Part shown: in pieces, positions 39,710 to 50,309 of the stretch
Layout: every line of letters begins with the position of its first letter
How positions within the stretch are numbered: the first letter of the stretch is position 1
Source of the DNA: an uncultured delta proteobacterium
GTDB taxonomy: Bacteria > Desulfobacterota > Syntrophobacteria > BM002
DNA length: 64,000 nucleotides
Assembly (NCBI GenBank): GCA_963712115.1
Contig: CAVQGX010000027.1
Span: 64,001-128,000, forward strand
Reading direction: 5' to 3'
Translations under genes and position numbers: made by a program
The notes under the pieces: generated by a model
Seen by the model: the letters and a program-made list of their open reading frames with translations, nothing else
Told to the model about the DNA's origin: nothing
Databases searched by the model: none

Positions 39710-40120
39710 ATGTTAAGAAAATCCACTTACAAACTGCGCGTTACCAGAAGAGAGGCCCTTTGCGTTCATGACGAGCCAGACCATACTTTGATGCTGGTGG
39801 AAATGGAGGGAGAGCCCATAGATTATACACCAGGAGTGGCCGGAGAATTCCTCTCCCGCCGCAGTGTCAATTTCCATGACCGTACCAAGGGATCAGGGTC
39901 GATGCAGGGCTATGCCATGACCCACTTCCAATACGGCTCGGTGTACAGCCGCTTCGAAGGCCAAAGGGATGGGAAGAGCAAAACCACTAAGGGCACCTGG
40001 AAAACCTACAGGGGAACAGGCAAACTGGCCACCATCACAGGGGAGGGTACCTTCACCGTAAGTAGCGGACAAGCTCCAGGTGAATTCATCCTAGCGATGG
40101 AGGGTGAGTACGAACTTTAG
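39710..40120 (+). CDS. Hypothetical beta-barrel-like protein
   Basis: AGGAGG RBS; GTW...GTGKL..ITGEG pattern; followed by hairpin ggagcacg...cgtgctcc. Confidence 0.75.
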   Translation: MLRKSTYKLRVTRREALCVHDEPDHTLMLVEMEGEPIDYTPGVAGEFLSRRSVNFHDRTKGSGSMQGYAMTHFQYGSVYSRFEGQRDGKSKTTKGTWKTYRGTGKLATITGEGTFTVSSGQAPGEFILAMEGEYEL

Positions 40121-40210
40121 CCGCGTCTGTTTCTGAAGAGGAAAGGAGCACGACGAAGGTTTTCGCCGTGCTCCGGCCGCGGATTAGTTTGGGCTCTGTT
40201 AGGTAACGGA

Positions 40211-41278
40211 ATGAAAAAATATCATATTTCAATCCTCATCTCCTTGGTCTTACTCGGCATGGTAAAGCCCGAGGCATCGGCCAAGTCTGCTTGTAGTGAA
40301 TCAGTGCCGGAGATCTTCAAGAAGGTTTCTCCCTCGGTGGTATTCATCTCGGCGGTTTCCTTCGACCCTTTCAAGACCAAAGACCGTTTGGCCACCTCTG
40401 TGGGCTCAGGTTTTATTATCAGGAAGGAAGGAGTCATTCTTACGAACTCTCACCTTGTCTTCGGCCATCAAACCATTGATGTAATTCTGGACAACGGCTT
40501 TACCACCCGGGCTGAACTTGTTGGGGTGGATCCATTTCTCGATTTGGCCGTGCTTCGGATCTCAGTGCCGGTGAAAAGCCTTCCTGTGGTGATCTTGGGT
40601 GACTCTGACAAGGTTCAAACCGGGGAGGACGTTTTGGCCTTCGGTAATCCCTTCGGCCTAGAGCAGACTCTGACAAAAGGAATAATATCCGGGGTTAACC
40701 GGACTCTCCCGGCCTCCCCTATGAGCCCGGAGCTGCCACTCATTCAAACCGACGCAGCATTTAGTCCCGGCAACTCCGGCGGGCCACTGGTGAACGGTTG
40801 TGGAGAGGTCATCGGCATCAATACGGCGATGTTTGGTCAGGGTGAAAACATCAATTTTGCTGTGCCCATAAACACGGCCAAGAAAGTTCTCCCCCAACTG
40901 CTTGCCAAGGGGAGGGTCATTCGTCCCTGGCTCGGAGTCGGCGGCAAGTTCATCCAGAAAGAGCTTGGACAGATCATCAATCTGCCCCTGGTGGATGGGT
41001 TCATGGTGGAGACGGTTGAACCGGAGAGTCCTGCTGAGCAGGCGGGCCTGAATGAGGGGGATTTGCCCGTCACCCTTGCCGGCACGGAGTATCTCTTCGG
41101 TGGAGATATCATAGTTGCGATTAACGGTCGTGCTTTCACCGGCCGAGATGAGTTGGCCGACTTGGTGAGTTCACTCAGGGTGGGCGACAAAGTGCGTTTG
41201 ACCCTTTACTATGGGGGAGAGACAAGGGAGGTGGAAATGCAGCTCACAGAGCGACCGCTTCTGTTGGGTGACTTTTGA
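40211..41278 (+). CDS. HtrA/DegS-type serine protease with PDZ domain
   Basis: Signal peptide, GSGFII, TNSH, DLAVL, GNSGG catalytic triad, PWLGV PDZ. Confidence 0.92.
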   Translation: MKKYHISILISLVLLGMVKPEASAKSACSESVPEIFKKVSPSVVFISAVSFDPFKTKDRLATSVGSGFIIRKEGVILTNSHLVFGHQTIDVILDNGFTTRAELVGVDPFLDLAVLRISVPVKSLPVVILGDSDKVQTGEDVLAFGNPFGLEQTLTKGIISGVNRTLPASPMSPELPLIQTDAAFSPGNSGGPLVNGCGEVIGINTAMFGQGENINFAVPINTAKKVLPQLLAKGRVIRPWLGVGGKFIQKELGQIINLPLVDGFMVETVEPESPAEQAGLNEGDLPVTLAGTEYLFGGDIIVAINGRAFTGRDELADLVSSLRVGDKVRLTLYYGGETREVEMQLTERPLLLGDF

Positions 41279-41328
41279 ATATGGACCAAACGAAATAATC
41301 TGAGCGGTCCTAGAGATGGAGGTGATGC

Positions 41329-41976
41329 ATGGTACCCATTAGTGGGCTAGTAAAGAGAAAGGCCATTTACACTTTTTTAATGGTGATCCTTCTGGCGAGC
41401 GTGGTCACCTGCGCCCAGCACAAAACTTATTGGCTCCATCTCCGCCCGCATCCAGAGGGGGAGCAAGGGCCGACGACGAAACTCACCATTGGCGTTTTGC
41501 CCTTCGAGGACGGTCGGGTTTCCACCCAAAAGTTGGGAGCGCGAGTCCTCCGTAACGGTAGAGAGGAGCCTATCCGTCTCGAATCATCCTCTGCCGCTGA
41601 AGATTTAACTCACATACTGCGCCGCTCCCTCAAGGCGAGGAATATTCCCGTGGTTACAATTTCAACTTGGGATCCAGCTCCGCAAAATCTCAAGGATCTG
41701 CCGCCAGAGGTGGACATCGCCATAGCAGGAAGGATAGAGGCCCTGGAAGTAGAGGCGCAGTCGTCTACCTTTAAAACCACACTTCGATACAGGGTGAAGC
41801 TCTCGGCCAAGTTGGGGCTCAAGGCTCAGGGGAAAGTGGTGACAAAAAACATTGAGGTTCGTCCTGAGGAGACCGTAATGCGCTTTGAGCGCCAGAAGGT
41901 GGAAGAAACCCTCAATGAGGCGGTGGCCTCGGCTCTCAATCGGTTGGTTGAAGCGGCTTTGGCATCCTCGAGTTGA
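41329..41976 (+). CDS. Putative lipoprotein (YajG-like)
   Basis: Hydrophobic leader ending VVTC; IGVLPFEDGR motif. Confidence 0.6.
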   Translation: MVPISGLVKRKAIYTFLMVILLASVVTCAQHKTYWLHLRPHPEGEQGPTTKLTIGVLPFEDGRVSTQKLGARVLRNGREEPIRLESSSAAEDLTHILRRSLKARNIPVVTISTWDPAPQNLKDLPPEVDIAIAGRIEALEVEAQSSTFKTTLRYRVKLSAKLGLKAQGKVVTKNIEVRPEETVMRFERQKVEETLNEAVASALNRLVEAALASSS

Positions 41977-42076
41977 GGACTTGCGTCAACTCGAACCACT
42001 GAGTTAAGATCAACCGAGGGGTTAATCATAGGTGTGCAGTTAAGGGGTTAGAGGATTTTGTCTTTTTCAGTGAATT

Positions 42077-43435
42077 ATGGAAGATCTCGCTTACATATTC
42101 TCCAGGGTCGAAGAAAAAAAGCGTGACTATTCCCAATATGATTTCTCCAATCACCAAGACAACGCGCTAAAAACCTTTTTCGATTTGGCCCAGGAGTTCG
42201 AGTCCCTGGAAGACCTCTGCCTCGTATGCGTAGCCGTACCTAAGAGCCACTTTGGGCTCGATACGAATCTTTACTTGATGGATAACAAAAGAGAAGTGCT
42301 GGTCTTGGTTTGCACCAGCAAAAAAGGATACCAGGGTTCGTCCGACAAATTGCCACCGACTGGCATCAAGCTGCGAAATGAGGCATTCGTCGAGAATAAC
42401 TCCTTGTTCACCCCCATATTCGGCAAGACGGCGACACAGGATGTGGGAGCCAGCACAAAAAAGCAAGAACTTCTCGGCATGCTGCAAGTCACTCCTGGAG
42501 GCGGTCTCAGCGAAAGCGAAAAATTCTATTTCCAGAAATTTGCCAACCGCATTGGCTATTCTATTTACAACAGGATTTTACAACAAAGAAATGTTGAACA
42601 TTTGAAATTCATCGAATCACTTGTTGCTGATATCGAACACAATGTTATTGTGCCCAATATGGCCTTTCGCCTCTTTCTCAGACGCCTTGAGGCCAAGATC
42701 CGCAAGAACCGTGAGATTGAAAGCGTGCTTCAGGAGAAATGCTCTGAGCTTGCTAACAATGGCACGGTCGACCATATCTGGCAGCAAGGGGTAATGGCAG
42801 AACTCCAGGAGGTAAACCGTGGGCTAGAGGATGAGTACTCTAACATTGAAAGACACAACCGCAACATCAGTCTTTTCGTGGAAAGCCTGTTTCGCCGGAG
42901 CCACTTTAAAGAAGGCCGCTTTATTCCCCAGAAGCGCCTCTGTAAGTTCAAAGAGGAGATCATTGACCCGCAGCTGGAGAGATTTAAGGAGAGTTTCCAC
43001 TCAAGGGGCATAGCCATTGATGAACACCTGGGGGGAGTGCCTTATGAGTCCCTGGTGGCGGTGGCAGATGTAGGGCTTATCTCGCAAGTTTATGCCAATC
43101 TGTTTTCAAATGCTTTGAAATACACGCGCACCGTACATGATGGGGAGGGAAACCCGAGAACATTTATGGCCTTTGGGCAAGAATTCCTGAAGGACTACTT
43201 CGGTTCAGGCCAGGATGGGATAAAATTCAACGTATTCAGCACAGGACCGCACATCCCACCAGATGAGCGCGAGCGCATTTTCGAAGAGGGATATAGAGGG
43301 GCTGACGCTGGTGGTGTGCCAGGTACCGGTCACGGACTGAGTTTTGTCAAGAGGGCGGTGGAGATGCACGATGGAATAGTAGGCTATGAGCCTACTCCCC
43401 TGGGCAACAACTTCTACTTCATCTTAGCTAAATAA
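42077..43435 (+). CDS. Sensor histidine kinase (cytoplasmic, GAF-like N-terminus)
   Basis: N box NLFSNALKY, STGPHIP, F box IFEEGYR, G2 box GTGHGL; putative H box DIEHN. Confidence 0.8.
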   Translation: MEDLAYIFSRVEEKKRDYSQYDFSNHQDNALKTFFDLAQEFESLEDLCLVCVAVPKSHFGLDTNLYLMDNKREVLVLVCTSKKGYQGSSDKLPPTGIKLRNEAFVENNSLFTPIFGKTATQDVGASTKKQELLGMLQVTPGGGLSESEKFYFQKFANRIGYSIYNRILQQRNVEHLKFIESLVADIEHNVIVPNMAFRLFLRRLEAKIRKNREIESVLQEKCSELANNGTVDHIWQQGVMAELQEVNRGLEDEYSNIERHNRNISLFVESLFRRSHFKEGRFIPQKRLCKFKEEIIDPQLERFKESFHSRGIAIDEHLGGVPYESLVAVADVGLISQVYANLFSNALKYTRTVHDGEGNPRTFMAFGQEFLKDYFGSGQDGIKFNVFSTGPHIPPDERERIFEEGYRGADAGGVPGTGHGLSFVKRAVEMHDGIVGYEPTPLGNNFYFILAK

Positions 43436-43510
43436 CTTGCTCGAAATCACAGAGCGCAAAGAGCATAGCGTAGAGAGAAAATATTTTTCGCTCTGCGCTC
43501 ATGCGTTTGA

Positions 43511-43912
43511 TCACTCCGCCTTCACCTCAATTCTCTTGGGCTTTGCCTTTTCCGCTTTGGGCAGTACCAACCTGAGGACGCCATCTTTCATGGAAGCGCT
43601 GATTTTGCTCTGATCGATGCGGTCGGAAAGGGTGAAATGGCGGTGGAATCTTCCAGTATAATACTCCCGGAGCAGATATCTTTCTTTCTCAGACCCCTGG
43701 GCCTCAACCTCTCCCGATATCTTCAACTCGTTATTCTTTAGGTCGATGGTTACGCCATCACTGGCAACCCCAGGCATGTCTGCGAGTAGGGTAATCTCTT
43801 TCTCTGATTCAAAAATATCCACTGTCGGGGTAAAAACTAAACCCGGCCTGGTGTGTTCGGCTTCGGTTTGTAGTTCTTGTTTTTCTCTAACCTGTAGCTC
43901 CTTGTCTGCCAT
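43511..43912 (-). CDS. Hsp20 / alpha-crystallin small heat-shock protein
   Basis: PTVDIFE, ADMPGV, ASMKDGVLRLVLPK. Confidence 0.92.
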   Translation of the reverse strand: MADKELQVREKQELQTEAEHTRPGLVFTPTVDIFESEKEITLLADMPGVASDGVTIDLKNNELKISGEVEAQGSEKERYLLREYYTGRFHRHFTLSDRIDQSKISASMKDGVLRLVLPKAEKAKPKRIEVKAE

Positions 43913-43949
43913 GGTAATCACCTCCTCTGCTATCCTGATCAAGGTTGGC

Positions 43950-44414
43950 TTATTCGGACCTCACCGAGATCTGACGGGGTTTCGCCTCCTCAGCTTTGGG
44001 TAAGGTCACAGTAAGCACTCCATTTTTGCATATTGCCGTGACTCTGTCGGAATCCACCCGAGTGGGCAGGGAGATAATCCGTCTGAAATTCCCTGCGTCT
44101 CGCTCCTTGCGATGATAGGATACTTTCTCTCCCTCTGCAGGAATCTTCCTCTCGCCTTTGAGGATGAGGTTGTTTTCCTTAGTGGTGATCTCAATGTTTT
44201 CGGGGTCCACTCCGGGCAATTCTGCCCGAACATAAAGGTTGTGGTCATCCTCAGACATATTGAGTGCTGGGAAAACGCCAGCAGCAGGTGCGATTCCCCT
44301 CCCTTCAGTAAAAGCACTAGAAATTCTGTCCATCTCCCTTCTGAGACGATCCATCTCACTGAAGGGATCACGATGCCAGCCGAAAAGTCCAGGTTTCCAT
44401 CTGATTACTGCCAT
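43950..44414 (-). CDS. Hsp20 / alpha-crystallin small heat-shock protein
   Basis: FPALNM.ED, RAELPGV, KNGVLTVTLPK. Confidence 0.92.
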   Translation of the reverse strand: MAVIRWKPGLFGWHRDPFSEMDRLRREMDRISSAFTEGRGIAPAAGVFPALNMSEDDHNLYVRAELPGVDPENIEITTKENNLILKGERKIPAEGEKVSYHRKERDAGNFRRIISLPTRVDSDRVTAICKNGVLTVTLPKAEEAKPRQISVRSE

Positions 44415-44796
44415 GGTTTATCCCTCCTTTCGCAACCCTCTGTTGAGTGAATTTGTTTTTGTGCCTTTTACTCGCCGCAAAGACCAATAATAGTTTGATG
44501 TGAGCAAAAATTAAGCAGCCTAATTAGTCTTGTCAAGTGGTTCGAAATATCTTTTTACCGGGACCTACCCGATGATAAATGGGAAGAAAACTTAAGATGT
44601 TTAAACTCATGGTAGAAGATAATCTACATCGATCTTCAAGAGGAAATATGGGAGCAAAAACTGCCAATTGAAAGGTAAGTAGAAATCCAAACTCCGGGAC
44701 TTGACGGACTCGAGCGATGAGTCTATTTTTTTCGATGAGATCAAACATTTTATCTGCACTTAGATCTTGTCAAGTAAGCTATAATCCCCATCTTCT

Positions 44797-44885
44797 AAAC
44801 CGCAGAATATCGAACAAAGAATGTCGAATGTCGAAGTGATCAGTTCATCATTCTGCGGTTTCTTGTTCTGCTGTTCGATATTCTC
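44797..44885. repeat. Heptamer-period palindrome (AATGTCG family)
   Basis: aaccgcagaatatcgaacaaagaatgtcgaatgtcgaa ... ttctgcggtt...gttcgatattct. Confidence 0.65.
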
Positions 44886-45050
44886 TTGTCTTAATGAATT
44901 ACAATCATCTCTCCATTAAGGATCGGCAGGAGATTGCTCAAAGCCAAATGATATCAGGCCTGGAGCAATTCTTTTTAACCAGAGGGAATACAAAGAACAC
45001 AAGGTGATGTGTATAATATTTAAAATAGTTCACTCTTCAGGCAAAAGGAG

Positions 45051-46301
45051 ATGAGAGGTATGGCGAAACCAGAAATAACCCTCTACGGCGCCCACTGGTG
45101 CCCAGATTGCCGTCAGAGCAAACAGTTTCTCGGGGAACACCAAATTCCCTACAACTGGGTAGATATCGAAGAAGACAAAGAAGGGGAAGAGTTTGTGATC
45201 AAGACAAACGAGGGCAAACGAATAATTCCCACCATCGTTTTCCCTGACGGCTCCTTCCTAGTGGAACCCAGCAATGCAGAATTGGCAGCCAAATTGGGAT
45301 TGAAGACCGCTGCCAGCCGCAGTCATTACGATCTCATTGTCCTTGGGGGAGGTCCTGCCGGTCTAACCGCTGCTGTTTACACGGCTCGAGAGTTCATCGA
45401 TACCCTGGTGATAGAACGGGCTGCCTTTGGGGGACAGGCTGCGGGTACAGAAAAACTGGACAATATGCCCGGATTTCCGGACGGAGTGGCTGGCATCGAA
45501 TTCTCCCAACGGTTGCGCCAACAAGCAGAACGCTTCGGGGTGGAGCTACTTCAAGCACAGGAAGTGAATCGCCTTCACAGGAATAAAAACTACCACTGCG
45601 TGCAAACCGGAGACGGTTCGGAGTATAGCGCCCGGGCCCTACTCATTACCACCGGAAGCCGCTACCGAAGATTGAATGTGCCCGGTGAGAGCGAATTCAT
45701 AGGTGCTGGTGTCCATTTTTGTGCCACCTGCGATGGTCCTTTTTATAAGGGAAAGAGAGTTGCAGTAGTTGGTGGTGGTAACAGCGCCACCGAGGAAAGC
45801 CTTTTGCTAACTAAGTTTGCCGAAAGAGTGACCATGCTGGTGCGAGGCGGGCAGTTCAAGGCCACTCAGATCATTCAGGAGAGTGTTTTAAGCCACCCCA
45901 AAATTGATGTGCTCTGGCATACAGATGTAAAGGAATTCCTGGGTGAGAGCTCCAAGCTGAAGATGCTAAGAATAGTGAACAATCAAAATGGCGTAGAGGA
46001 AGATCTGCCTATGGATGGAGCCTTCATTTTTATTGGTCTTGAGCCGAACACGCGTTTTCTCGCTGGAAGTGGTGTGCTCTTGGATCAATGGGGTTTCATC
46101 GTAACAGGCCATGACCTGGTTCACAGTGGCAAGCGACCGGCGGGGTACGAAAATCGTGATCCTCATCTACTGGAGAGCAGTGTGCCGGGTATCTTCGCTG
46201 CTGGCGATGCAAGGGACAAGAGCACCAAACAGGTGGCCAGTGCTGCCGGTGAGGGGGCCAGTGCAGCCCTGATGATCCGCGAGTATCTGAAAACTGTTTG
46301 A
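45051..46301 (+). CDS. trxB: Glutaredoxin-like domain fused to thioredoxin reductase
   Basis: WCPDC N-terminal domain; GGGPAG, CATCDG, GGGNSA, FAAGD. Confidence 0.88.
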   Translation: MRGMAKPEITLYGAHWCPDCRQSKQFLGEHQIPYNWVDIEEDKEGEEFVIKTNEGKRIIPTIVFPDGSFLVEPSNAELAAKLGLKTAASRSHYDLIVLGGGPAGLTAAVYTAREFIDTLVIERAAFGGQAAGTEKLDNMPGFPDGVAGIEFSQRLRQQAERFGVELLQAQEVNRLHRNKNYHCVQTGDGSEYSARALLITTGSRYRRLNVPGESEFIGAGVHFCATCDGPFYKGKRVAVVGGGNSATEESLLLTKFAERVTMLVRGGQFKATQIIQESVLSHPKIDVLWHTDVKEFLGESSKLKMLRIVNNQNGVEEDLPMDGAFIFIGLEPNTRFLAGSGVLLDQWGFIVTGHDLVHSGKRPAGYENRDPHLLESSVPGIFAAGDARDKSTKQVASAAGEGASAALMIREYLKTV

Positions 46302-46332
46302 GAATGGGGATCAGCCGCTAAACTAATGTTGA

Positions 46333-46503
46333 TTAACCGCAGAGATCGCTGAGTGCGCAGAGAAGCAGACTTCTGCAAAGAGGATTCATCTTCGAAGGTA
46401 TCGAAGATGCATTAAGTCGAGATTAATCCGGTTTTCACCAGGTGCGTATAATTTTGGGATGTCTTCTACTCATTTTCTGCGTGCTCTGCGCTCTCTGCGG
46501 TGA
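46333..46503. repeat. Nonamer-period palindrome (CGCAGAG family)
   Basis: accgcagagatcgctgagtgcgcagaga ... tctgcgtgctctgcgctctctgcggt. Confidence 0.65.
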
Positions 46504-46534
46504 GCAATAGGGCTCATATACAGAGGGAATTGCC

Positions 46535-46714
46535 ATGTCTATAGCGAAGAGAGAACAGTTACTAAAGGAAATTGAGGAATTGAAGGCGAAGCTTCGTGAT
46601 CGAGAGGCTGCTCTGCCGGCTCATTCTGTCCGACCGCACCAGGTTCAAGAGATCGAAGAACTCGAGGAAGAAATTGCCGGGCTTGAAAAGATGCTGGGTG
46701 AGATTACATCGTGA
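46535..46714 (+). CDS. Small coiled-coil protein (59 aa), absent from ORF track
   Basis: MSIAKREQLLKEIEELKAKLRDREAALPAHSVRPHQVQEIEELEEEIAGLEKMLGEITS*; GAGGG RBS; helix-PAHSVRPH-helix layout. Confidence 0.7.
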   Translation: MSIAKREQLLKEIEELKAKLRDREAALPAHSVRPHQVQEIEELEEEIAGLEKMLGEITS

Positions 46715-48887
46715 CTTCGAGGCCTTCTTCCTGCAGCAGAGGGATAATATCATAGGCGGGGAGGGGTGGGCTAAACAGGTATCCCTGAATGATGTCGCAT
46801 CCCCGCTCGCGCAGAAATTCCAGTTGCGCTTCAGTCTCCACTCCCACTGCCACTACTTTCAGATTCAGGCTGTGCGCCATGGCAATGGTGGCGGCAACAA
46901 GGGCGGCATTATCGGCATTCTCGGGAATATTTTTTATGAAAGAACGATCTATCTTCAAGACGTCCAGAGGGACGTTTCTAAGATGGTGTAGGGATGAATA
47001 CCCAGTGCCAAAGTCATCAGCGGCTATGCGGACACCTAGATCTTTTAAATCGTGCAAAGCTTTAACCGCATTTTCTTCTTGAATTAAAGAGATTTCCGGT
47101 AGTTCTATCTCCAAAAAAGATGGGTCCGCACCGGTTTCCTCTAAAACCTCAGAGATCATATCTACCAGTTTTTCCTCTTTAAACAGGAGACTGGACAGAT
47201 TCACCGACATGCGCATTTCTGTCAAACCAGCCTCTCTCCAGGCCAGGTTTTGCTGGCAGGCTGTCTGGAGTACCCACTTGCTTACAGATTCAATGAGACC
47301 ACTTTCTTCAGCCAGTGGTATGATGTCTGCTGGAGGCACCACCCCTAAATTTGCATGCTGCCAGCGTATAAGAGCCTCAGTACCGACAATCGACCTTGTG
47401 TCAATGGAAAGTTGCGGTTGATAGTAAAGAATCAGTTCCTTAGCCTCCAAGGCCTTGTAGAGGTCCGCTTTGAGCGTAACCCTCTCAGGGGTGCCGCCCT
47501 GGATTGAGTCTGCATAAAACTGGTAATTGTTTCTACCCAAGTTCTTCGCATGATACATTGCTTTGTCAGCATTTTTTATCAAAGCTTCACCGTCTTGCCC
47601 GTCTGCAGGGAAGAGGCTGATGCCAATACTGGTGGTAATAAATATTTTGTGTGAATCTAAAACAAAAGCATCGGAAAGCGTATAAAGAATACGTCTTGCC
47701 ACCTTAGCCGCATCTTGCGCTTTCTTGATATTAGTAAGTAGCAAGACAAACTCGTCTCCACCGAAGCGCGCTATATTGGTGTTGCATATATCTTCGACAT
47801 TGCGGGCCAGAATGTCGCTCTTCCGTATTATCCTTATTAAGCGCTCTCCCACAGCGTGTAACAGCATGTCACCCAAGTGATGGCCAAGTGTATCGTTAAC
47901 CCGCTTAAAATGGTCGAGATCCAAAAATAATGTTGCAAGGAGAGTATTATTGCGTTTGGCATAAGCCAGGGTTTGATTCATGTGTTCATTAAACATCAAC
48001 CGGTTAGGCAAACCGGTCAGGCAATCATAAAAGGCCAGAAAGCGCATTTCTTCTTCTGCGCGCTTACGGGCCGTAATATCATTAATAAAATGAAGGGTTG
48101 CGGATTTGCCGTCCCAGTCAATGAGGACACCTTTTGCCTCCACCCACCTGAAATGCCCATCTTTTGAAAGGAGGCGAAAAGAAAGTGCCGGGCAGGCTCT
48201 CCTGCCCAAGAGGGTTCTGTCTTGGTACTCGCGAAACTCGTCTCTGTCTTCTGAGTGGAGAAATTCCACAAAGGGGGTGGACCTTAGCTTATTCTCGGGA
48301 TAATCAAAGAGCTCAGAAGCCCTCGGATTATAGAATGTGAGAATTTCATCCTGAATGACTAGAATGGCCTCGTTGGCATTTTCAACAAGCAGGCGGTATT
48401 TTCCTTCCGACTGCATCAAGTTGTCATAAAGCTTCTTTGATTCAAGAACAGAATTGATCCTCGCCTTCAATTCCGGCATGTAGTAGGGTTTTGAGACGTA
48501 AGATATTGCACCTGCTTCGAAACTCTTTACTATGTCCTCTTTTTCCTCGACCACAGTCCCCACTATGATGGGAATATGACGGGTGCTATTATCCTTTTTC
48601 AGTATTTTTATGGCCTCGATGCCATTCATCTTTGGCATCTTCAGATCCATGACAATGACGTCGGGTTTCAGGCTGCGACTCTTGCTAACCGCCTGGTCAC
48701 CGTTAGTAACACAGATTACTTTGAACCCGTCTTGTTCGAGCTGAGTGCAGACTAAATCTCTAATCTCATTGTCGTCCTCAGCGATCAAGACAACATTGGA
48801 TTTCTCCACAGGATCACAACCCTTGCTTATGGGTCCATCTTCTGGGTAGGCTTTCATCTCAGTTAGGATAAGCACATCCTGTGCCAA
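46704..48887 (-). CDS. REC-PAS-GGDEF-EAL c-di-GMP metabolism protein
   Basis: Receiver (AEDD, MDLKMP, SKP), PAS, RFGGDEF, EAL, DDFGTGYSS, QGYLFS. Confidence 0.92.
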   Translation of the reverse strand: MAQDVLILTEMKAYPEDGPISKGCDPVEKSNVVLIAEDDNEIRDLVCTQLEQDGFKVICVTNGDQAVSKSRSLKPDVIVMDLKMPKMNGIEAIKILKKDNSTRHIPIIVGTVVEEKEDIVKSFEAGAISYVSKPYYMPELKARINSVLESKKLYDNLMQSEGKYRLLVENANEAILVIQDEILTFYNPRASELFDYPENKLRSTPFVEFLHSEDRDEFREYQDRTLLGRRACPALSFRLLSKDGHFRWVEAKGVLIDWDGKSATLHFINDITARKRAEEEMRFLAFYDCLTGLPNRLMFNEHMNQTLAYAKRNNTLLATLFLDLDHFKRVNDTLGHHLGDMLLHAVGERLIRIIRKSDILARNVEDICNTNIARFGGDEFVLLLTNIKKAQDAAKVARRILYTLSDAFVLDSHKIFITTSIGISLFPADGQDGEALIKNADKAMYHAKNLGRNNYQFYADSIQGGTPERVTLKADLYKALEAKELILYYQPQLSIDTRSIVGTEALIRWQHANLGVVPPADIIPLAEESGLIESVSKWVLQTACQQNLAWREAGLTEMRMSVNLSSLLFKEEKLVDMISEVLEETGADPSFLEIELPEISLIQEENAVKALHDLKDLGVRIAADDFGTGYSSLHHLRNVPLDVLKIDRSFIKNIPENADNAALVAATIAMAHSLNLKVVAVGVETEAQLEFLRERGCDIIQGYLFSPPLPAYDIIPLLQEEGLEVTM

Positions 48888-49033
48888 GTTTGCTGGATAG
48901 GCTGGCAGATTAAGTCAAACTAAGAAGGTTTGTGGAGGGGTTTAGTCGAACCATAAATCCACAATCCGAAATCTACAATCCGAAATCGGAGGGGAATGTT
49001 CTATAATTAACAAATAACTGCTGTTTATTTACT

Positions 49034-49316
49034 CCAGCCCGGATATTTTATGAATTCACGCCCTGGCGTGACTGCGACCACGGATATGGCCGTCCTTCCT
49101 GGCGTCCTCGGATGTCGGTACCTGCGACGTACCGTTCAGAGGTACGTCTCGGCTTCGATTTTGGATTTCGGATTTTACCATTTGCTATCTGGTTCTCACG
49201 AGCTTTTGAGCAAATTTTCATTCCGCATTCCGCAATCCGCGTTCCGCAATCGTCGACCAGGTGGCCCGCCCATCTTCGTGATCTCGCGACAGTGATTCAT
49301 GAAATATCCGGGCTAG
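49034..49316. mobile_element. MITE, CTAG-ended family, copy 2
   Basis: TIRs agcccggatattttatgaat / attcatgaaatatccgggctag; terminal CTA is the TAG stop of the DnaJ-domain gene. Confidence 0.8.
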
Positions 49317-50128
49317 CCTAGATTAACGGTGAGGTAGAGGTCGCCGACACCATTGCCCCTTCTTTTTCCTTTTCCCTTTAGGCGCAATCGGGTCCCAGAT
49401 CGAGTTCCAGGCGGTATTCTTACCTTCAACTTTTCCTGTCCTTGTCCCCGGTCGACGGCGATTGTTACCCAGGTGCCGCGCTCGGCCTCTGCAGTAGGAA
49501 TGGCAAGATTATAGGTGAGATCTTGAGGTCCGAGGGTAAGGTTTTGTCTACCTGATGGCAGTGCTTTCTGACTTCCTAGGAGGAAGTTAGCAACTTTCTT
49601 TCCCAACCGTTTCAAAAACCCAAAAGGCTGAATTTCCGGGGTCTCAGACCGCTCAACCTTTTGGCGCTGTTGAGGTCTTCCTATTTTCATTCGGCGAAAG
49701 CCAGATGGACCCCAAACGAAAACGCCACCAAAAAACACTCCGCGGCCGCCAAAAAAGGTCTGATCAAAAAAGTTTTGGTCGAAGCGGAAGCCGGCTTTTT
49801 CGAACTCCCTGAAAAGATCCTGGAAAACGTGGCTGAATCTCGGATCCTTGAAAAGGTCCTGAAAAATCTCCTCCTGAGAATAGCGGAAGCCTCCGCCAGC
49901 CACCCGCTCCTTGACCCCGGTTCTTAGCCACCGGTCATACTCAGAGCGCTTGGCAGGGTCTATGAGAACCCCATAGGCTTCAGCAATTTCCTTGAAGTGT
50001 TCCTCTGCTTTTGGATCGCCGGGGTTGCGATCCGGGTGGTACTTGAGGGCCAATTTTCGATATGACTTGCGAATTTGCTCCTCGGAAGCATCCCGGTCCA
50101 CTTCAAGTAGTTCGTAGTAATCCTTCAT
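49313..50128 (-). CDS. DnaJ-domain protein (CbpA-like, no zinc finger)
   Basis: DYYELL...[10 protein letters not shown] domain, G/F-rich region, LRLKGKG...GDLY C-terminal domain. Confidence 0.88.
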   Translation of the reverse strand: MKDYYELLEVDRDASEEQIRKSYRKLALKYHPDRNPGDPKAEEHFKEIAEAYGVLIDPAKRSEYDRWLRTGVKERVAGGGFRYSQEEIFQDLFKDPRFSHVFQDLFREFEKAGFRFDQNFFDQTFFGGRGVFFGGVFVWGPSGFRRMKIGRPQQRQKVERSETPEIQPFGFLKRLGKKVANFLLGSQKALPSGRQNLTLGPQDLTYNLAIPTAEAERGTWVTIAVDRGQGQEKLKVRIPPGTRSGTRLRLKGKGKRRGNGVGDLYLTVNLG

Positions 50129-50138
50129 GGTTTTCTAC

Positions 50139-50300
50139 TAGCATAGCGCATAGCGTCATTTATCATTGCTCATTGCGCATTTATCATTTTTCATTGCAGT
50201 AAACTTTCAGCTAAATAGTGCTGTATTCAAATGTACAATGAGAAATGAGAGATGACAAATGGGAAATGTGAAATGGAGCAGAGCGCTTTGCGTTCTGCGA
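50139..50300. repeat. Heptamer-period palindrome (TCATTGC/AAATGAG family)
   Basis: tcatttatcattgctcattgcgcatttatcatttttcattg ... caaatgtacaatgagaaatgagagatgacaaatg, nested in agcatagcgcatagcg...cgctttgcgttctgcg. Confidence 0.65.
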
Positions 50301-50309
50301 AAATCCAGC

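Noticed and set aside
44420-44790. CIRCE or HAIR heat-shock operator upstream of the hsp20 pair
   Set aside because: Neither TTAGCACTC-N9-GAGTGCTAA nor CTTGAGT-N7-ACTCAAG is present; only two TTGACA-containing promoter-like words on the minus strand.
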